Shown here piece after piece: positions 43,995-53,591 of a DNA stretch of 64,000 nucleotides. Position numbers and translations under genes: made by a program. Under the pieces are notes generated by a model. It did no database searches, was not told where the DNA came from, and saw only the letters and a list, made by a program, of their open reading frames with translations. The stretch spans positions 8,139 to 72,138 of the forward strand of contig JBECKW010000017.1 in assembly GCA_040235505.1 (NCBI GenBank), in the 5' to 3' direction. How positions within the stretch are numbered: position 1 is the first letter of the stretch; each line of letters starts with the position of its first letter. The DNA comes from Desulfobacterales bacterium. Lineage in GTDB: Bacteria; Desulfobacterota; Desulfobacteria; Desulfobacterales; JAFDDL01.

Positions 43995-45359
43995 TCAGGT
44001 TGTTTCATTCATATGTTTGATCTTTTTCCGCAGGGTTTCCACCGTCACCCCGATCGCTTCGGCGGCTTTGGTCAGATCGTTGTTGTGTTCCGAAAGCTTT
44101 TTCTGGATGAAGACCGCTTCAAATGCTTTGCTGGCTTCCTTCAACTGACCGACTGCAAACAAGTCATTCCCGTCCTGCATCGCCGACGGCGAACTCGATG
44201 GATTATAGGCTGGCGGCAGGTCAGACGCATCGATCACCTTTCGGCCCCCCATGATGGAAAGCCTTTCGATTAAATTTCGAAGCTCCCGAACATTTCCCGG
44301 CCAGTGGTAGGACATCAGGCAGTCCATCGCCTCCTGGCTCATTTTTTTCGGCTTGATTCGGCCCTGTTGGGAAAATTCGGATAAAAAGGTGTCCACAAGC
44401 ATCGGGATATCTTCCAGACGCTGTCTCAGGGGCGGCACCTGAATCGGTATGACATTGAGCCGAAAATAAAGATCATCCCGAAAGCGACCCTCTTTGATTT
44501 CCTGCTCCAGATCCTTGTTCGTCGCCGCAATGACCCGGACATTCACCTGGATGGTCCGGGAACTGCCAAGCCGCTGAAATTGTTGTTCCTGAAGCACCCG
44601 GAGAATTTTGGCCTGGGTTGAAAGATTCATATCACTGATCTCATCGAAGAAGAGGGTGCCGTGGTTCGCAATTTCAAATTTACCCAACTTTTTTACCTGG
44701 TTGTCTGATACCGCCCCCTTTTCCTGTCCGAACAGTTCGCTTTCGATCATGGCCTCGGGAATGGCCGCACAATTCACGTCGACCCAGGCATTTCCCGCGC
44801 GGTTACTGAGATTATGGATGGTTCTTGCCACCAACTCCTTTCCCGTACCGTTTTCGCCAGAAATTAAAATCCATGCATCCGACGGAGCCGCCTTGGCGAT
44901 CTGTTTTCGAAGCAGCTGAACTTGCGGGCTGCTCCCGGTGATGGAGTGCTTTTCAATGGTTTTTTTCCTCAAATACTTATTTTCTTCTTCGAGCCGTCTG
45001 AAATCGAGAGCATTGTTGATGGCAAGAATGACCTTGTCGATGGAAAGCGGCTTTTCGATCAAATCGAACGCTCCCATTTTTGTGGCCTTTACCGCGGTTT
45101 CGATGTTTCCGTGGCCGGAAATGAGGATCACCGGTATCGAAGGATTCTCCTTTTTTATCTCTTTCAGCGTTTCAATGCCGTCCATCCCCTGCATCCAGAT
45201 GTCCAAAAGCACGATATCGGGGGATTCCGTTTCGATGATTTTAAGCGCCTCGTATCCGTTGGCCGCTGTCAGCACATCGAACCCGTCGTCGGAAAGTATT
45301 CCGCTCAAAGACTGGCGAATGGAAGCTTCATCGTCCACGATCAGTACAGATGGAAACAT
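43995..45359 (-). CDS. NtrX-like response regulator (REC + AAA+ sigma54-activator-type domain + Fis HTH) with degenerate GAFTGA
   Basis: 454 aa. The REC domain has LLDIWMQGMDG. The AAA+ domain has GENGTGKE and FFDEI. The loop reads GAVSDN where GAFTGA is expected. The C-terminal HTH is NNDLTKAAEAIGVTVETLRKKI. Confidence 0.85.
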   Translation of the reverse strand: MFPSVLIVDDEASIRQSLSGILSDDGFDVLTAANGYEALKIIETESPDIVLLDIWMQGMDGIETLKEIKKENPSIPVILISGHGNIETAVKATKMGAFDLIEKPLSIDKVILAINNALDFRRLEEENKYLRKKTIEKHSITGSSPQVQLLRKQIAKAAPSDAWILISGENGTGKELVARTIHNLSNRAGNAWVDVNCAAIPEAMIESELFGQEKGAVSDNQVKKLGKFEIANHGTLFFDEISDMNLSTQAKILRVLQEQQFQRLGSSRTIQVNVRVIAATNKDLEQEIKEGRFRDDLYFRLNVIPIQVPPLRQRLEDIPMLVDTFLSEFSQQGRIKPKKMSQEAMDCLMSYHWPGNVRELRNLIERLSIMGGRKVIDASDLPPAYNPSSSPSAMQDGNDLFAVGQLKEASKAFEAVFIQKKLSEHNNDLTKAAEAIGVTVETLRKKIKHMNETT

Positions 45360-45457
45360 GTTGTATCCTTAAAATAAAGTCGTTTAAGCTTGTGGTGCGC
45401 TTTCAAACTGGGCTAGCCTATCGGCCCGAAAATGTCAATGGTCCGCCAGCGTTTTTC

Positions 45458-47713
45458 CTAAGCCTCCACCCCGCCGGGTTCAACCGGCAGTTCGATGACG
45501 AACCTGGCACCCTGGGGCTGATTATCCAAGACCCGGATCATCCCGTAATGATCCGCGACAATCGAATTTACGATGGTGAGACCAAGCCCCATGCCGGTTT
45601 GTTTGGTCGAAAAATAAGGCTCGAACAAACGAATCTTTTCTTCGTCGGTCACCCCCGGGCCTGTGTCAGTGACCTCGATACGAATCATTTTCAGGATCGG
45701 ATCATGGGACACCGAAATGCCCAGGGTTCCCGAAGCCTTCATGGCCCCGATGGCATTATCGACCAGGTTGATCATGGCCTGTTTCATCTGTTGCCGATCC
45801 AGGCTGACATCCGGAAGATTTTTGGAAATATTCACATCAAACGTCACGTCCGGGTGTCCTTCGCGATACAGGGCAACCGTTTCCTCGATGATGCTTTCCA
45901 GGCGGCACGGCAGCGGATTTGCCGACGGAAATTTTGCAAACGCGGAAAACTCGTTCACAAGGTTCCGAATCAGGGAAACATGGTCGACGATGGTCTGAAC
46001 GCATTCCGTAAAAACCGTCTCGTTAATCCGATCCGAATATTTTCGATTCAGGCGCTGGGCGGAAAGTGCAATGGGCGTCAACGGATTTTTAACCTCGTGG
46101 GCGATGCGCCGGGCCACTTCACGCCATGCGGCAAGTCTCTGCGCCTTTTCAAGCTCGGTCAGGTCGTCAAACACCAGAACATAGCCCAGAGGATTGTCAC
46201 GATCGTCCTTCAGTGCTTTCACATGCAGCAAAAAGCTTCGCGGACGATCCTGGATCGAGATGCGAATGGTCGTTTCCAGCGACCCTGTCACTGACCGCGA
46301 AAGCTTCTCGCGAAGTTCCTCGGCGAGTTTGGTGTTTCCACTTTTTAAAAGCCGGTGGTAGGATCGGCTCAGGACTTCATCCACATCCAAATTCAGCATC
46401 TGTTCTGCAGATTTGCTCATGGTCGTGATCCTGCCGCGTGCATCCAGCGAGACAACCCCCGCGGAGACGTGCTTCAACACGATTTCCATAAACTGCCGCC
46501 GTTCTTCTATCTCAATATTCTGGGTCCGAAGTATTTGAGCCGATCGTTCGAGCTGCCGCCTTCCGTCACGCAGATCCTGTGTCATCTTATTGAAGGAATC
46601 CACCAGACTTCCGATTTCATCATCCGCAACAAGATCAATCGTTACATCCAGATCCCCTTCGGCCACACGAAGCGTTCCCTCCGCAAGCTCTTTGATGGGG
46701 ATGCTTAAGGTTTTGGCAAGATAAAAACCGAACCAAACGGAGCAAAAAAGAACCAGAAGCGCAACGATGGAAAGCGCCAGGTAGTAAATGATCTGAATCG
46801 GTCGCCGGAGGAGCTTCATCTGCCCATACCCCTCGTACCCGCTTTTGATGGTCTGAAGTGCATCGGCAAGATCAATTGAAATAATATCCGTCACCACAAC
46901 AAATCCTTGCGCCGTCTCCCGCTGCGCGCCAAAGGGAATCGTTGAGATCGTTTTGACAAGTTCTCCCGAAGAAAACGACTGCGTCAGAAGACGGACCCCG
47001 TTCGGCCCCGGCTCCTTCTGAAGTTGATCGGCTGAAATCTGCCTGAACTCGACCGCCTCGAGTTTTTGGGAAAAGGAGGATGCTATCTGCTGAAAATTGC
47101 CTGTATATATTTCTACCCCCTGAAGGTGGTAAGCCGCCCGTGCCGTTTTCAGATAATCGGTCAGTGCCGCCCGTTTGTCTTCTGCCAAAAAGCCCCTTGA
47201 TTTTACATGCGAAGATATTTCTTCCAAGAAATATCGATTGTCTTTTTCCTCCTGGGCATAAACCTGCTGGCCCACGCTCAGTGAGGATTTGAGAGCTTGT
47301 TCGACATTCACATCCAGCCAACTCGATACCTGTAAAGTGATAAAGTTGATTGAAAAGAAAAAAAGCACAGTCGTCGGGAGTAGTGAAAGGGTAACAAAGG
47401 ATAGAACCATCCTTGTTCGAAGCTTTGCCCCCATGGTTTTTCTCTTGCGGTCGTAGAGGAGTTTGACGATGTTTCGAAACACGAGGAAAATCATCAGGAG
47501 GAGAAGCAGGAGATTGATATTGATCAGAATGAACATCAAGACCGTGCTGGAGAGCGAAATATCCCTGCCGATATCCACGATCCTGTTTTCAGCATACGTG
47601 AGCAGGGCGACGACAAACACAATACAAACGATAATGATGATTTCCCGTTTTCTACGCTTTCGGTCCTCTTCCGTAAAAAACGATACGGCAGGTTTCGGGG
47701 AGGCTTCGTTCAT
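45458..47713 (-). CDS. NtrY-like sensor histidine kinase (TM-HAMP-PAS-HisKA-HATPase)
   Basis: 751 aa. The H-box is IAHEVKNPLTPI, the N-box is INLVDNAI and the G-boxes are DTGPGV / GMGLGL. The N-terminal half has four TM segments. Confidence 0.8.
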   Translation of the reverse strand: MNEASPKPAVSFFTEEDRKRRKREIIIIVCIVFVVALLTYAENRIVDIGRDISLSSTVLMFILININLLLLLLMIFLVFRNIVKLLYDRKRKTMGAKLRTRMVLSFVTLSLLPTTVLFFFSINFITLQVSSWLDVNVEQALKSSLSVGQQVYAQEEKDNRYFLEEISSHVKSRGFLAEDKRAALTDYLKTARAAYHLQGVEIYTGNFQQIASSFSQKLEAVEFRQISADQLQKEPGPNGVRLLTQSFSSGELVKTISTIPFGAQRETAQGFVVVTDIISIDLADALQTIKSGYEGYGQMKLLRRPIQIIYYLALSIVALLVLFCSVWFGFYLAKTLSIPIKELAEGTLRVAEGDLDVTIDLVADDEIGSLVDSFNKMTQDLRDGRRQLERSAQILRTQNIEIEERRQFMEIVLKHVSAGVVSLDARGRITTMSKSAEQMLNLDVDEVLSRSYHRLLKSGNTKLAEELREKLSRSVTGSLETTIRISIQDRPRSFLLHVKALKDDRDNPLGYVLVFDDLTELEKAQRLAAWREVARRIAHEVKNPLTPIALSAQRLNRKYSDRINETVFTECVQTIVDHVSLIRNLVNEFSAFAKFPSANPLPCRLESIIEETVALYREGHPDVTFDVNISKNLPDVSLDRQQMKQAMINLVDNAIGAMKASGTLGISVSHDPILKMIRIEVTDTGPGVTDEEKIRLFEPYFSTKQTGMGLGLTIVNSIVADHYGMIRVLDNQPQGARFVIELPVEPGGVEA

Positions 47714-47767
47714 CTCAAAGAAAAAATGCCTGTTTCGGGTCTGAGGTTGGTTAAGGCCCCCTTGAAC

Positions 47768-48322
47768 TTAAAATGTGAAATCAATCGCATACCAATCCGT
47801 TTCAACGTCCCAGAAAGAAAGAAAGAAAAGAATTTTGTGCAGGTGCAGGGGAAGCGTAAATTTGCTTAATTCCGCCTTGGCGCGTATCTGGTAGTGTTGG
47901 CCCTTTTCCAGCTTCTTGAGAGATACGATTCGAAGACTGTCGATCTTGATCATCAGCTGTTGAGCCTCTTCAAAAGAACTGGTGTACACCGGTCCGCTCG
48001 AATCCCAGGATCGGTCTACACGAAATTCCTTTTTCAGATTATCGTATTTAATCACATGGGTGACCTTTAAATCGACGATATTTTTATTGAACCAGTAATT
48101 TCGCTCCTTGTTGAGCGTGATGTAAAATGTAAACGTGGTGGGCACGCCGCTTAGAATCGCTTTTTTTGTCTTGTCGCTGAAAGCACCCGTGGCGTTTAGA
48201 TACAACAGCAAGTCATCGCGGTTGTTGGTGACCACGATATTTGTCAACGCCGCGTCTTGAGCAAAGAGAATCTGCTGGGAAAAAAGCAGCAGTCCGATAA
48301 ATATGAGTAACCCTTTTCGCAT
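47768..48322 (-). CDS. DUF4390-like secreted protein (usual upstream partner of ntrY)
   Basis: 184 aa with a signal peptide (LLIFIGLLLFSQQILFA). The family call is mainly by size and conserved position ahead of ntrYX. Confidence 0.55.
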   Translation of the reverse strand: MRKGLLIFIGLLLFSQQILFAQDAALTNIVVTNNRDDLLLYLNATGAFSDKTKKAILSGVPTTFTFYITLNKERNYWFNKNIVDLKVTHVIKYDNLKKEFRVDRSWDSSGPVYTSSFEEAQQLMIKIDSLRIVSLKKLEKGQHYQIRAKAELSKFTLPLHLHKILFFLSFWDVETDWYAIDFTF

Positions 48323-48437
48323 CAGTAATTATTCACTTAACAGTTCGAAAACTCGCCTTAAAAGTGGGCAATGGCATATAAAATTATTTAAACCGGCAAT
48401 TATGAAAACATATTCGCTGTTTATAACGAATAGAGGC

Positions 48438-49346
48438 TCAAATGGCAAGTTCTTTCAACTGTGGTTTGGAGGGGTAAATCGGCGCTGATAGAATTTTGGT
48501 TTCCCAGGCATCCTTTCTGGCAAAAAAAGTGTTGAGAAAGTGGTAATGAAAGGCATGTCCCGACTTCTCGGCCACGATACGACCCTGAATCGGCATTCCT
48601 AGTAGCGAAAAATCTCCAAGACAATCCAGCATCTTATGGCGGACAAATTCATCCGGATACCGGAGGCCGTTGGGATTGAGAATTTTTTGATTGTCGATCA
48701 CCACCACATTGTCCAGAGAGGCGCCCCGTGCAAACCCATATTGTTTCAAGTATTCATATTCATGAAGAAAACCAAAGGTTCGGGCACCGGCTATATCCGC
48801 TTCGAACAACTCGCCGGTTAAATCCAAAGAGCATGTCTGCCGTCCAATCAGGGGGTGATCATAATCAATGGCATAGGTGATCTGGAATTGATCCGCTGGG
48901 TATAGACCGATGAATTTACCCCCTTCCTCCAATTCTATCGGCTGCTTCACGACAAAATAACATCGGGAGCTGCTTTGTTCTTCGACCCCCGCGGATTTCA
49001 GAAGTGAAGCAAACGGTGCGGCACTGCCATCCATGATGGGCATTTCATATGAATCGAGTTCCACCTTTGCATTATCAATCCCCAGCGCGGCGAAGCTGGC
49101 CATCAAGTGTTCAATGGTGGAAACGATAAAGCCGTCATTTCCAATGACCGTTGCAAGGCTTGTGTCCACCACATTGTTAAAATGGGCGGAAACGCCGGGG
49201 CAATCCGGAAGGTCTGTACGGAAAAATTTAATGCCGTAATTATCCTGTGCCGGATGAATCGTCAGCTGGACCGCTTTCCCAGAGTGCATGCCGACACCGG
49301 AACAGCTGACGGTTTCAGCTAATGTTCGTTGATTTGTATGAAACAT
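48438..49346 (-). CDS. lpxC: UDP-3-O-acyl-N-acetylglucosamine deacetylase
   Basis: 302 aa. Contains QRTLAETVSCSGVGMHSG, STIEHLMASF and HKMLDCLGDFSLLG. Confidence 0.93.
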   Translation of the reverse strand: MFHTNQRTLAETVSCSGVGMHSGKAVQLTIHPAQDNYGIKFFRTDLPDCPGVSAHFNNVVDTSLATVIGNDGFIVSTIEHLMASFAALGIDNAKVELDSYEMPIMDGSAAPFASLLKSAGVEEQSSSRCYFVVKQPIELEEGGKFIGLYPADQFQITYAIDYDHPLIGRQTCSLDLTGELFEADIAGARTFGFLHEYEYLKQYGFARGASLDNVVVIDNQKILNPNGLRYPDEFVRHKMLDCLGDFSLLGMPIQGRIVAEKSGHAFHYHFLNTFFARKDAWETKILSAPIYPSKPQLKELAI

Positions 49347-49403
49347 GTTCCCTGCTCTTATTCTTAATAAAAACCACGCTCTTTATGTGGTTATTAATTT
49401 TTA

Positions 49404-49433
49404 TTGACAAAACAATTACCGCTAACTTATACA
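49404..49433 (+). promoter_or_regulatory. Candidate sigma70 promoter (TTGACA-18 nt-TATACA) for comM/yifB
   Basis: TTGACA at 49404-49409 and TATACA at 49428-49433. It lies about 115 nt upstream of the ATG at 49549. Confidence 0.3.
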
Positions 49434-49548
49434 ACTAACTGAAATAAAATACAAGTTTTCTCTTACCTTTTGATGTTTCCTGTCGTTTATCCCCTTTGAA
49501 CCGGCCCGCGGGCTGTTCTGTTACCTGGCCACCCCAAAAGGAGATGAG

Positions 49549-51084
49549 ATGATCGCAAGAGTCATGAGCAGCACAGTTATCGGGATTGATGCCCATTTGA
49601 TAGAGGTGGAAGTGGATATTTCCAATGGACTTCCGTCCTTTACCATCGTTGGTCTTCCCGAAGCCGCCGTCAAGGAAAGCAAAGAGCGGGTTAAATCGGC
49701 AATCCATAATTCTGGTTATTCCTTTCCCGATGATAGAATTACAGTAAATCTGGCGCCGGCGAACATTAAAAAAGACGGTACCGGTTTTGATCTGCCCATG
49801 GCTATCGGACTTCTGTCCGCCACGGGCATCCTGCCAGGCCATATCACCTCCCGTTTTTGCATCATGGGAGAATTGTCACTCGATGGTAGAATAAAGCCGG
49901 TCAAAGGTTCTCTACCCATGGCCTTGGCTGCCGGAGCGGCCGGGTATGCCGGCATCCTGGTCCCCATGGAAAACGGCAAAGAGGCCGCTGTCACTCCGGA
50001 TATCCCTGTGTATCCGGTATCAACGTTGCACCAGGCAGTCGATTTTTTCAGGGGCAGCGAAACGATACAGCCGCAACACATTGAAATAAAAGACGTTTTC
50101 AACACAGTCCCCAATGAGGATATCGATTATGCCGAAGTCCAGGGACAGGAACATGCAAAGCGGGCCCTCGAAATATCGGCCGCCGGCGGCCACAATCTCC
50201 TGATGATAGGTCCTCCCGGATCCGGAAAGACGATGCTCGCACGACGACTGCCCACGATTCTTCCGCCCCTTTCTTTCGACGAATCAATGGATACCACGAA
50301 AGTATTTTCCGTGGCGGGCTTGCTGGACTCAAACCAGGCCCTGGTCCAAACCCGACCGTTTCGATCTCCTCACCATACGATTTCCGATGCCGGCCTGATT
50401 GGTGGCGGGCATATTCCCCGTCCGGGGGAAGTCAGCCTGGCACATAACGGGGTTCTTTTTCTCGACGAACTTTCCGAATTTAAGAAGCACGTTCTCGAGG
50501 TGCTGAGGCAACCCCTGGAAGACCAGTCCGTCACGATCTCCCGTGCGGCCATGCCCCTCTCCTATCCCGCCTGTTTTATGCTGGTGGCTGCCATGAACCC
50601 TTGCCCGTGCGGATTTTTTGGGGATCCCAAGCACGAATGCTACTGCACCCACCACCAAATTCACCGGTATCGTTCCAAGATTTCAGGTCCGCTTCTGGAC
50701 CGGATTGACCTGCAGGTGGAAGTACCGGCCGTTCCGTTTAAGGATCTGAAAAATACGCACGCCGCCGAATCGTCAAAGGAAATTCGTGGGCGGGTAATGG
50801 CTGCCCGGCGTATCCAGTCAAAACGTTTTCAAAAAACAAAGCTTCATGCGAATGCGCAAATGAAGAGCCGACATATCCACAAATACTGTCAAATCGATGG
50901 TCGGGCCGAGTCGCTGTTGGAAACAGCGATCGAGAAACTGGGTCTATCGGCCCGGGCCTATAACCGTATTTTAAAGATTTCAAGAACCATCGCGGACCTT
51001 TGCGGTGAAATGCAGATCACCGCCGAGCACATTTCCGAGGCGGTTCAATATCGAAACCTGGATAGAAAAGCCCGCACCGCCTGA
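49549..51084 (+). CDS. comM: YifB/ComM family Mg-chelatase-like AAA+ ATPase
   Basis: 511 aa. Contains [44 protein letters not shown] and the Cys cluster [18 protein letters not shown]. Confidence 0.9.
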   Translation: MIARVMSSTVIGIDAHLIEVEVDISNGLPSFTIVGLPEAAVKESKERVKSAIHNSGYSFPDDRITVNLAPANIKKDGTGFDLPMAIGLLSATGILPGHITSRFCIMGELSLDGRIKPVKGSLPMALAAGAAGYAGILVPMENGKEAAVTPDIPVYPVSTLHQAVDFFRGSETIQPQHIEIKDVFNTVPNEDIDYAEVQGQEHAKRALEISAAGGHNLLMIGPPGSGKTMLARRLPTILPPLSFDESMDTTKVFSVAGLLDSNQALVQTRPFRSPHHTISDAGLIGGGHIPRPGEVSLAHNGVLFLDELSEFKKHVLEVLRQPLEDQSVTISRAAMPLSYPACFMLVAAMNPCPCGFFGDPKHECYCTHHQIHRYRSKISGPLLDRIDLQVEVPAVPFKDLKNTHAAESSKEIRGRVMAARRIQSKRFQKTKLHANAQMKSRHIHKYCQIDGRAESLLETAIEKLGLSARAYNRILKISRTIADLCGEMQITAEHISEAVQYRNLDRKARTA

Positions 51085-51092
51085 AAATAGAA

Positions 51093-52148
51093 TCAGTTCC
51101 GTGAACCGGGGTTGGCTGCAAGTTCGATCATGGCCCACAACTGAAGGGAAGATGCCGAGCTTCTGCTCATGCCACCGCCTCCCGGACCGCCGCCCATTCC
51201 ACCACCCGGACTCCTCCCCATGCCGCCGCCGCCCATTCCACCGCCCGAGCTACTCCCCACGTCTCCAAAGTTCATAATGCCCCCCATGTCGCCTACCGTG
51301 CCACCGCTCATACCACCACTGCCCATACCACTTCGCATATCGCCCCCCCTGCCACCTTTCATGCCGTCGCCACTCTTTCCTTGGGCATCCGTTTTTTCTG
51401 AAACCAAGCCGATCAGGCAATCTCCATTTTTAGAGCGCACCGCGGCATATGGGGTTTTTTCGGTTTTATTCAAAGGAATCTTAACTTCATACACGAGGCC
51501 CCCTTCCTTTGCCTGGGAAAAGCTTTCCTCAACGCCCAGTTTCTTAAGTTTTTCAGCCTGGATGATTTGGCCGGAATCATCTTCGGAGGAAAGTATTTCA
51601 AAATCCGTTGCAGTTTCAGAAGCTCGGCTGTCCCGTCCACCGAGGTCTTCCTTAGGAGAGCCCTGTCCTTGGTTCGGAGGATTTTGGTCCGGACCTTTCT
51701 GGTCTTCACCTTTTCCAAGATCACCTGGCGGAGCATTTCTCGAACTTCTTGGAGCGCCGCGACCTTCCGGGCCGCCAAAACCGCCCATGTCTCCGGAACC
51801 GTCTGCTCCCGCCAGGTATCGCAACCCCCAAAGTTTATTTTTTGTTTTGTTCTGGCACACCCAAAGCGTAAAACCGCCCTGCCGGATCTGCCGCTCGATA
51901 TTTTCATCTTTGCATACCAGGCAAAGGTAAAGGTTCTGAGCGTCATTTCGAATTCCTATCTTGGTGTTGGTCTCCTCATCATAATACATGCTCCCGTCCA
52001 GCCATTCATTATACCGGCCATCCACGACGATTTGTCCGCTTGCCCATCGACTGTTGACGGAAACCATCTGCTCACAACCACCGACAAATAACATTCCAAG
52101 GCTCAAGACACCTCCCAGAAAACCGACACCCCACCGATTTAAATTCAT
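51093..52148 (-). CDS. Hypothetical lipoprotein with split beta-sandwich-like domain and Gly/Met-rich C-terminal region
   Basis: I chose the start at MNLNRW (52148) because it has a GGAG-type RBS. The ORF track extends to 52172. The lipobox is MLFVGGC. The tail reads GGRGGDMRSGMGSGGMSGGTVGDMGG...GGGMGGGGMGRSPGGGMGGGPGGGGM. Confidence 0.6.
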   Translation of the reverse strand: MNLNRWGVGFLGGVLSLGMLFVGGCEQMVSVNSRWASGQIVVDGRYNEWLDGSMYYDEETNTKIGIRNDAQNLYLCLVCKDENIERQIRQGGFTLWVCQNKTKNKLWGLRYLAGADGSGDMGGFGGPEGRGAPRSSRNAPPGDLGKGEDQKGPDQNPPNQGQGSPKEDLGGRDSRASETATDFEILSSEDDSGQIIQAEKLKKLGVEESFSQAKEGGLVYEVKIPLNKTEKTPYAAVRSKNGDCLIGLVSEKTDAQGKSGDGMKGGRGGDMRSGMGSGGMSGGTVGDMGGIMNFGDVGSSSGGGMGGGGMGRSPGGGMGGGPGGGGMSRSSASSLQLWAMIELAANPGSRN

Positions 52149-52515
52149 GCGCTTTCCACTCCCTAGCATCAAGAGGTTATAATCGACTCGTTTTTAGCTC
52201 CGTTATCTGCACATGTAGGAAACGGTCCAACCGCCGGTTAGGTTACCGCCTTTTACCCTATCAAAAGAAATTTATTGAAAGCGACGGCAAAGTTGAAAGA
52301 CGGCTTGAAAACGGACGCATTTCAAGGCATGTGCGTCATTATCTGAAAATGGTGGCAGGTCATGTCGTCGAGAGATGGCCTGATATCAATTTTAAGGGGT
52401 GGTTTGTTTTATGCAGCCCGAGTATTTGACCAACAGAAGATCGCCCGTCTTGAACGATTTGAAAGAGTCGTTTTTTTGGGAGATCCAAAATTTTTCTCGA
52501 GAATCAAGCAGCGGA

Positions 52516-52863
52516 TTACGCTTCGAGCCCCTCCTTTTTTAAGAGGTCATGATACCAGATGGAAAATTCATACATGGCACGGAATCGGTCCTCATCGTTC
52601 ACCATTCCAAGACAGATCTCAAGAACGCCGCGGCCGTATTCATTGCTGTAAGTTTCTCCTTCCCGGGTTTGAAGAAATTCACGGACAAGCATCTGACTCG
52701 TCCGCCGGGTTTTATCCTTTCGAATATCGATCGGATCTTTGGGTTCTTCAAAAGGATCCCACTTGTCGTATCCCCGTTTCAGAATATGCTTCTGACGTCT
52801 GGGGGACATGCTTTCAAAAATGGCTTTTTTTCTTTCCGCTTTCTTTTCTTCCATATCGTCCAT
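52516..52863 (-). CDS. Hypothetical protein (115 aa, basic/acidic, no recognised family)
   Basis: I chose the start at MDDMEEKK (52863), 10 nt after the upstream gene's stop. The ORF track extends to 52935 and would overlap that gene. Confidence 0.45.
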   Translation of the reverse strand: MDDMEEKKAERKKAIFESMSPRRQKHILKRGYDKWDPFEEPKDPIDIRKDKTRRTSQMLVREFLQTREGETYSNEYGRGVLEICLGMVNDEDRFRAMYEFSIWYHDLLKKEGLEA

Positions 52864-52873
52864 CACGGTACCT

Positions 52874-53554
52874 TTATTTTTCCCCACCCTCTTCCCCGGA
52901 TGCAGCGTTGCCAATCCCCAGGAATTCATCGTCAAACTCCGTCAGAAGCGCCGCCGAAACCGGCATCACCAGTTCGGACAGCTGGGCAAATCTGGAACCC
53001 ATCTCGGCCACAAGATTAACCGCCAGTGCAAAAAGCTGCTGATTCATTTTTTCCATGTGTACCGTCGGATAAGATTTGCCTTTGATAAAGCCGGTCTGTC
53101 CGCAGCTGTGCGACAACCCTCCGATTTCCGTTGGCACGCCATACAAGCGGCAGGTAATCGGCCGGTATTCGTACATTACACAGTGATTCCCATTGTCTAA
53201 AAGAGGACACCGGACCCGCTCCGCTGACAGGGATACCAGCAGATCTTCTTCCATATGCCCTTTTTCCAGGCGCTTTCGGGCATCGCGTTTGACCTTATAG
53301 ATGGTCCGGTCCGCCCGATTGGCTCTTTCGATGAGTCCGGCCCGTTCTTTTTCATCGAAGCACCGGTAAAAATGATGGTTTAAATACATGGCCTCCACAA
53401 GAGAGACATCAAAGAGGGCATGACAACAATCCGAACATCCGGGTTTGCAGGTCGTTTCCTTTGGAAACTCTGTTTTCACCTTTTCAAAAATGCGGTCCGC
53501 CGCCCCTGCCAATTTTTCATAATGAGAAAAAGTTTCTTCAAAACGATATGTCAT
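52874..53554 (-). CDS. YkgJ-family Cys-cluster protein (CxxCxxCC zinc/iron-chelating domain)
   Basis: Start at MTYRF (53554), behind a strong GGAGGAGAG RBS. Contains CKPGCSDCCHALFDV and CPLLDNGNHCVMYEYRPITCRLYG. Confidence 0.7.
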   Translation of the reverse strand: MTYRFEETFSHYEKLAGAADRIFEKVKTEFPKETTCKPGCSDCCHALFDVSLVEAMYLNHHFYRCFDEKERAGLIERANRADRTIYKVKRDARKRLEKGHMEEDLLVSLSAERVRCPLLDNGNHCVMYEYRPITCRLYGVPTEIGGLSHSCGQTGFIKGKSYPTVHMEKMNQQLFALAVNLVAEMGSRFAQLSELVMPVSAALLTEFDDEFLGIGNAASGEEGGEK

Positions 53555-53591
53555 ATGCTCTCCTCCACCTCCCAATGTTTCACGTGAAACA

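Noticed and set aside
51169-51930. 253-aa Pro-rich plus-strand ORF (PPPGPPPIPPPGLLPMPPPP...).
   Set aside because: It is the reverse-complement reading of the Gly/Met-rich repeat of the minus-strand lipoprotein gene. That gene has a signal peptide/lipobox and an RBS. This ORF has neither.
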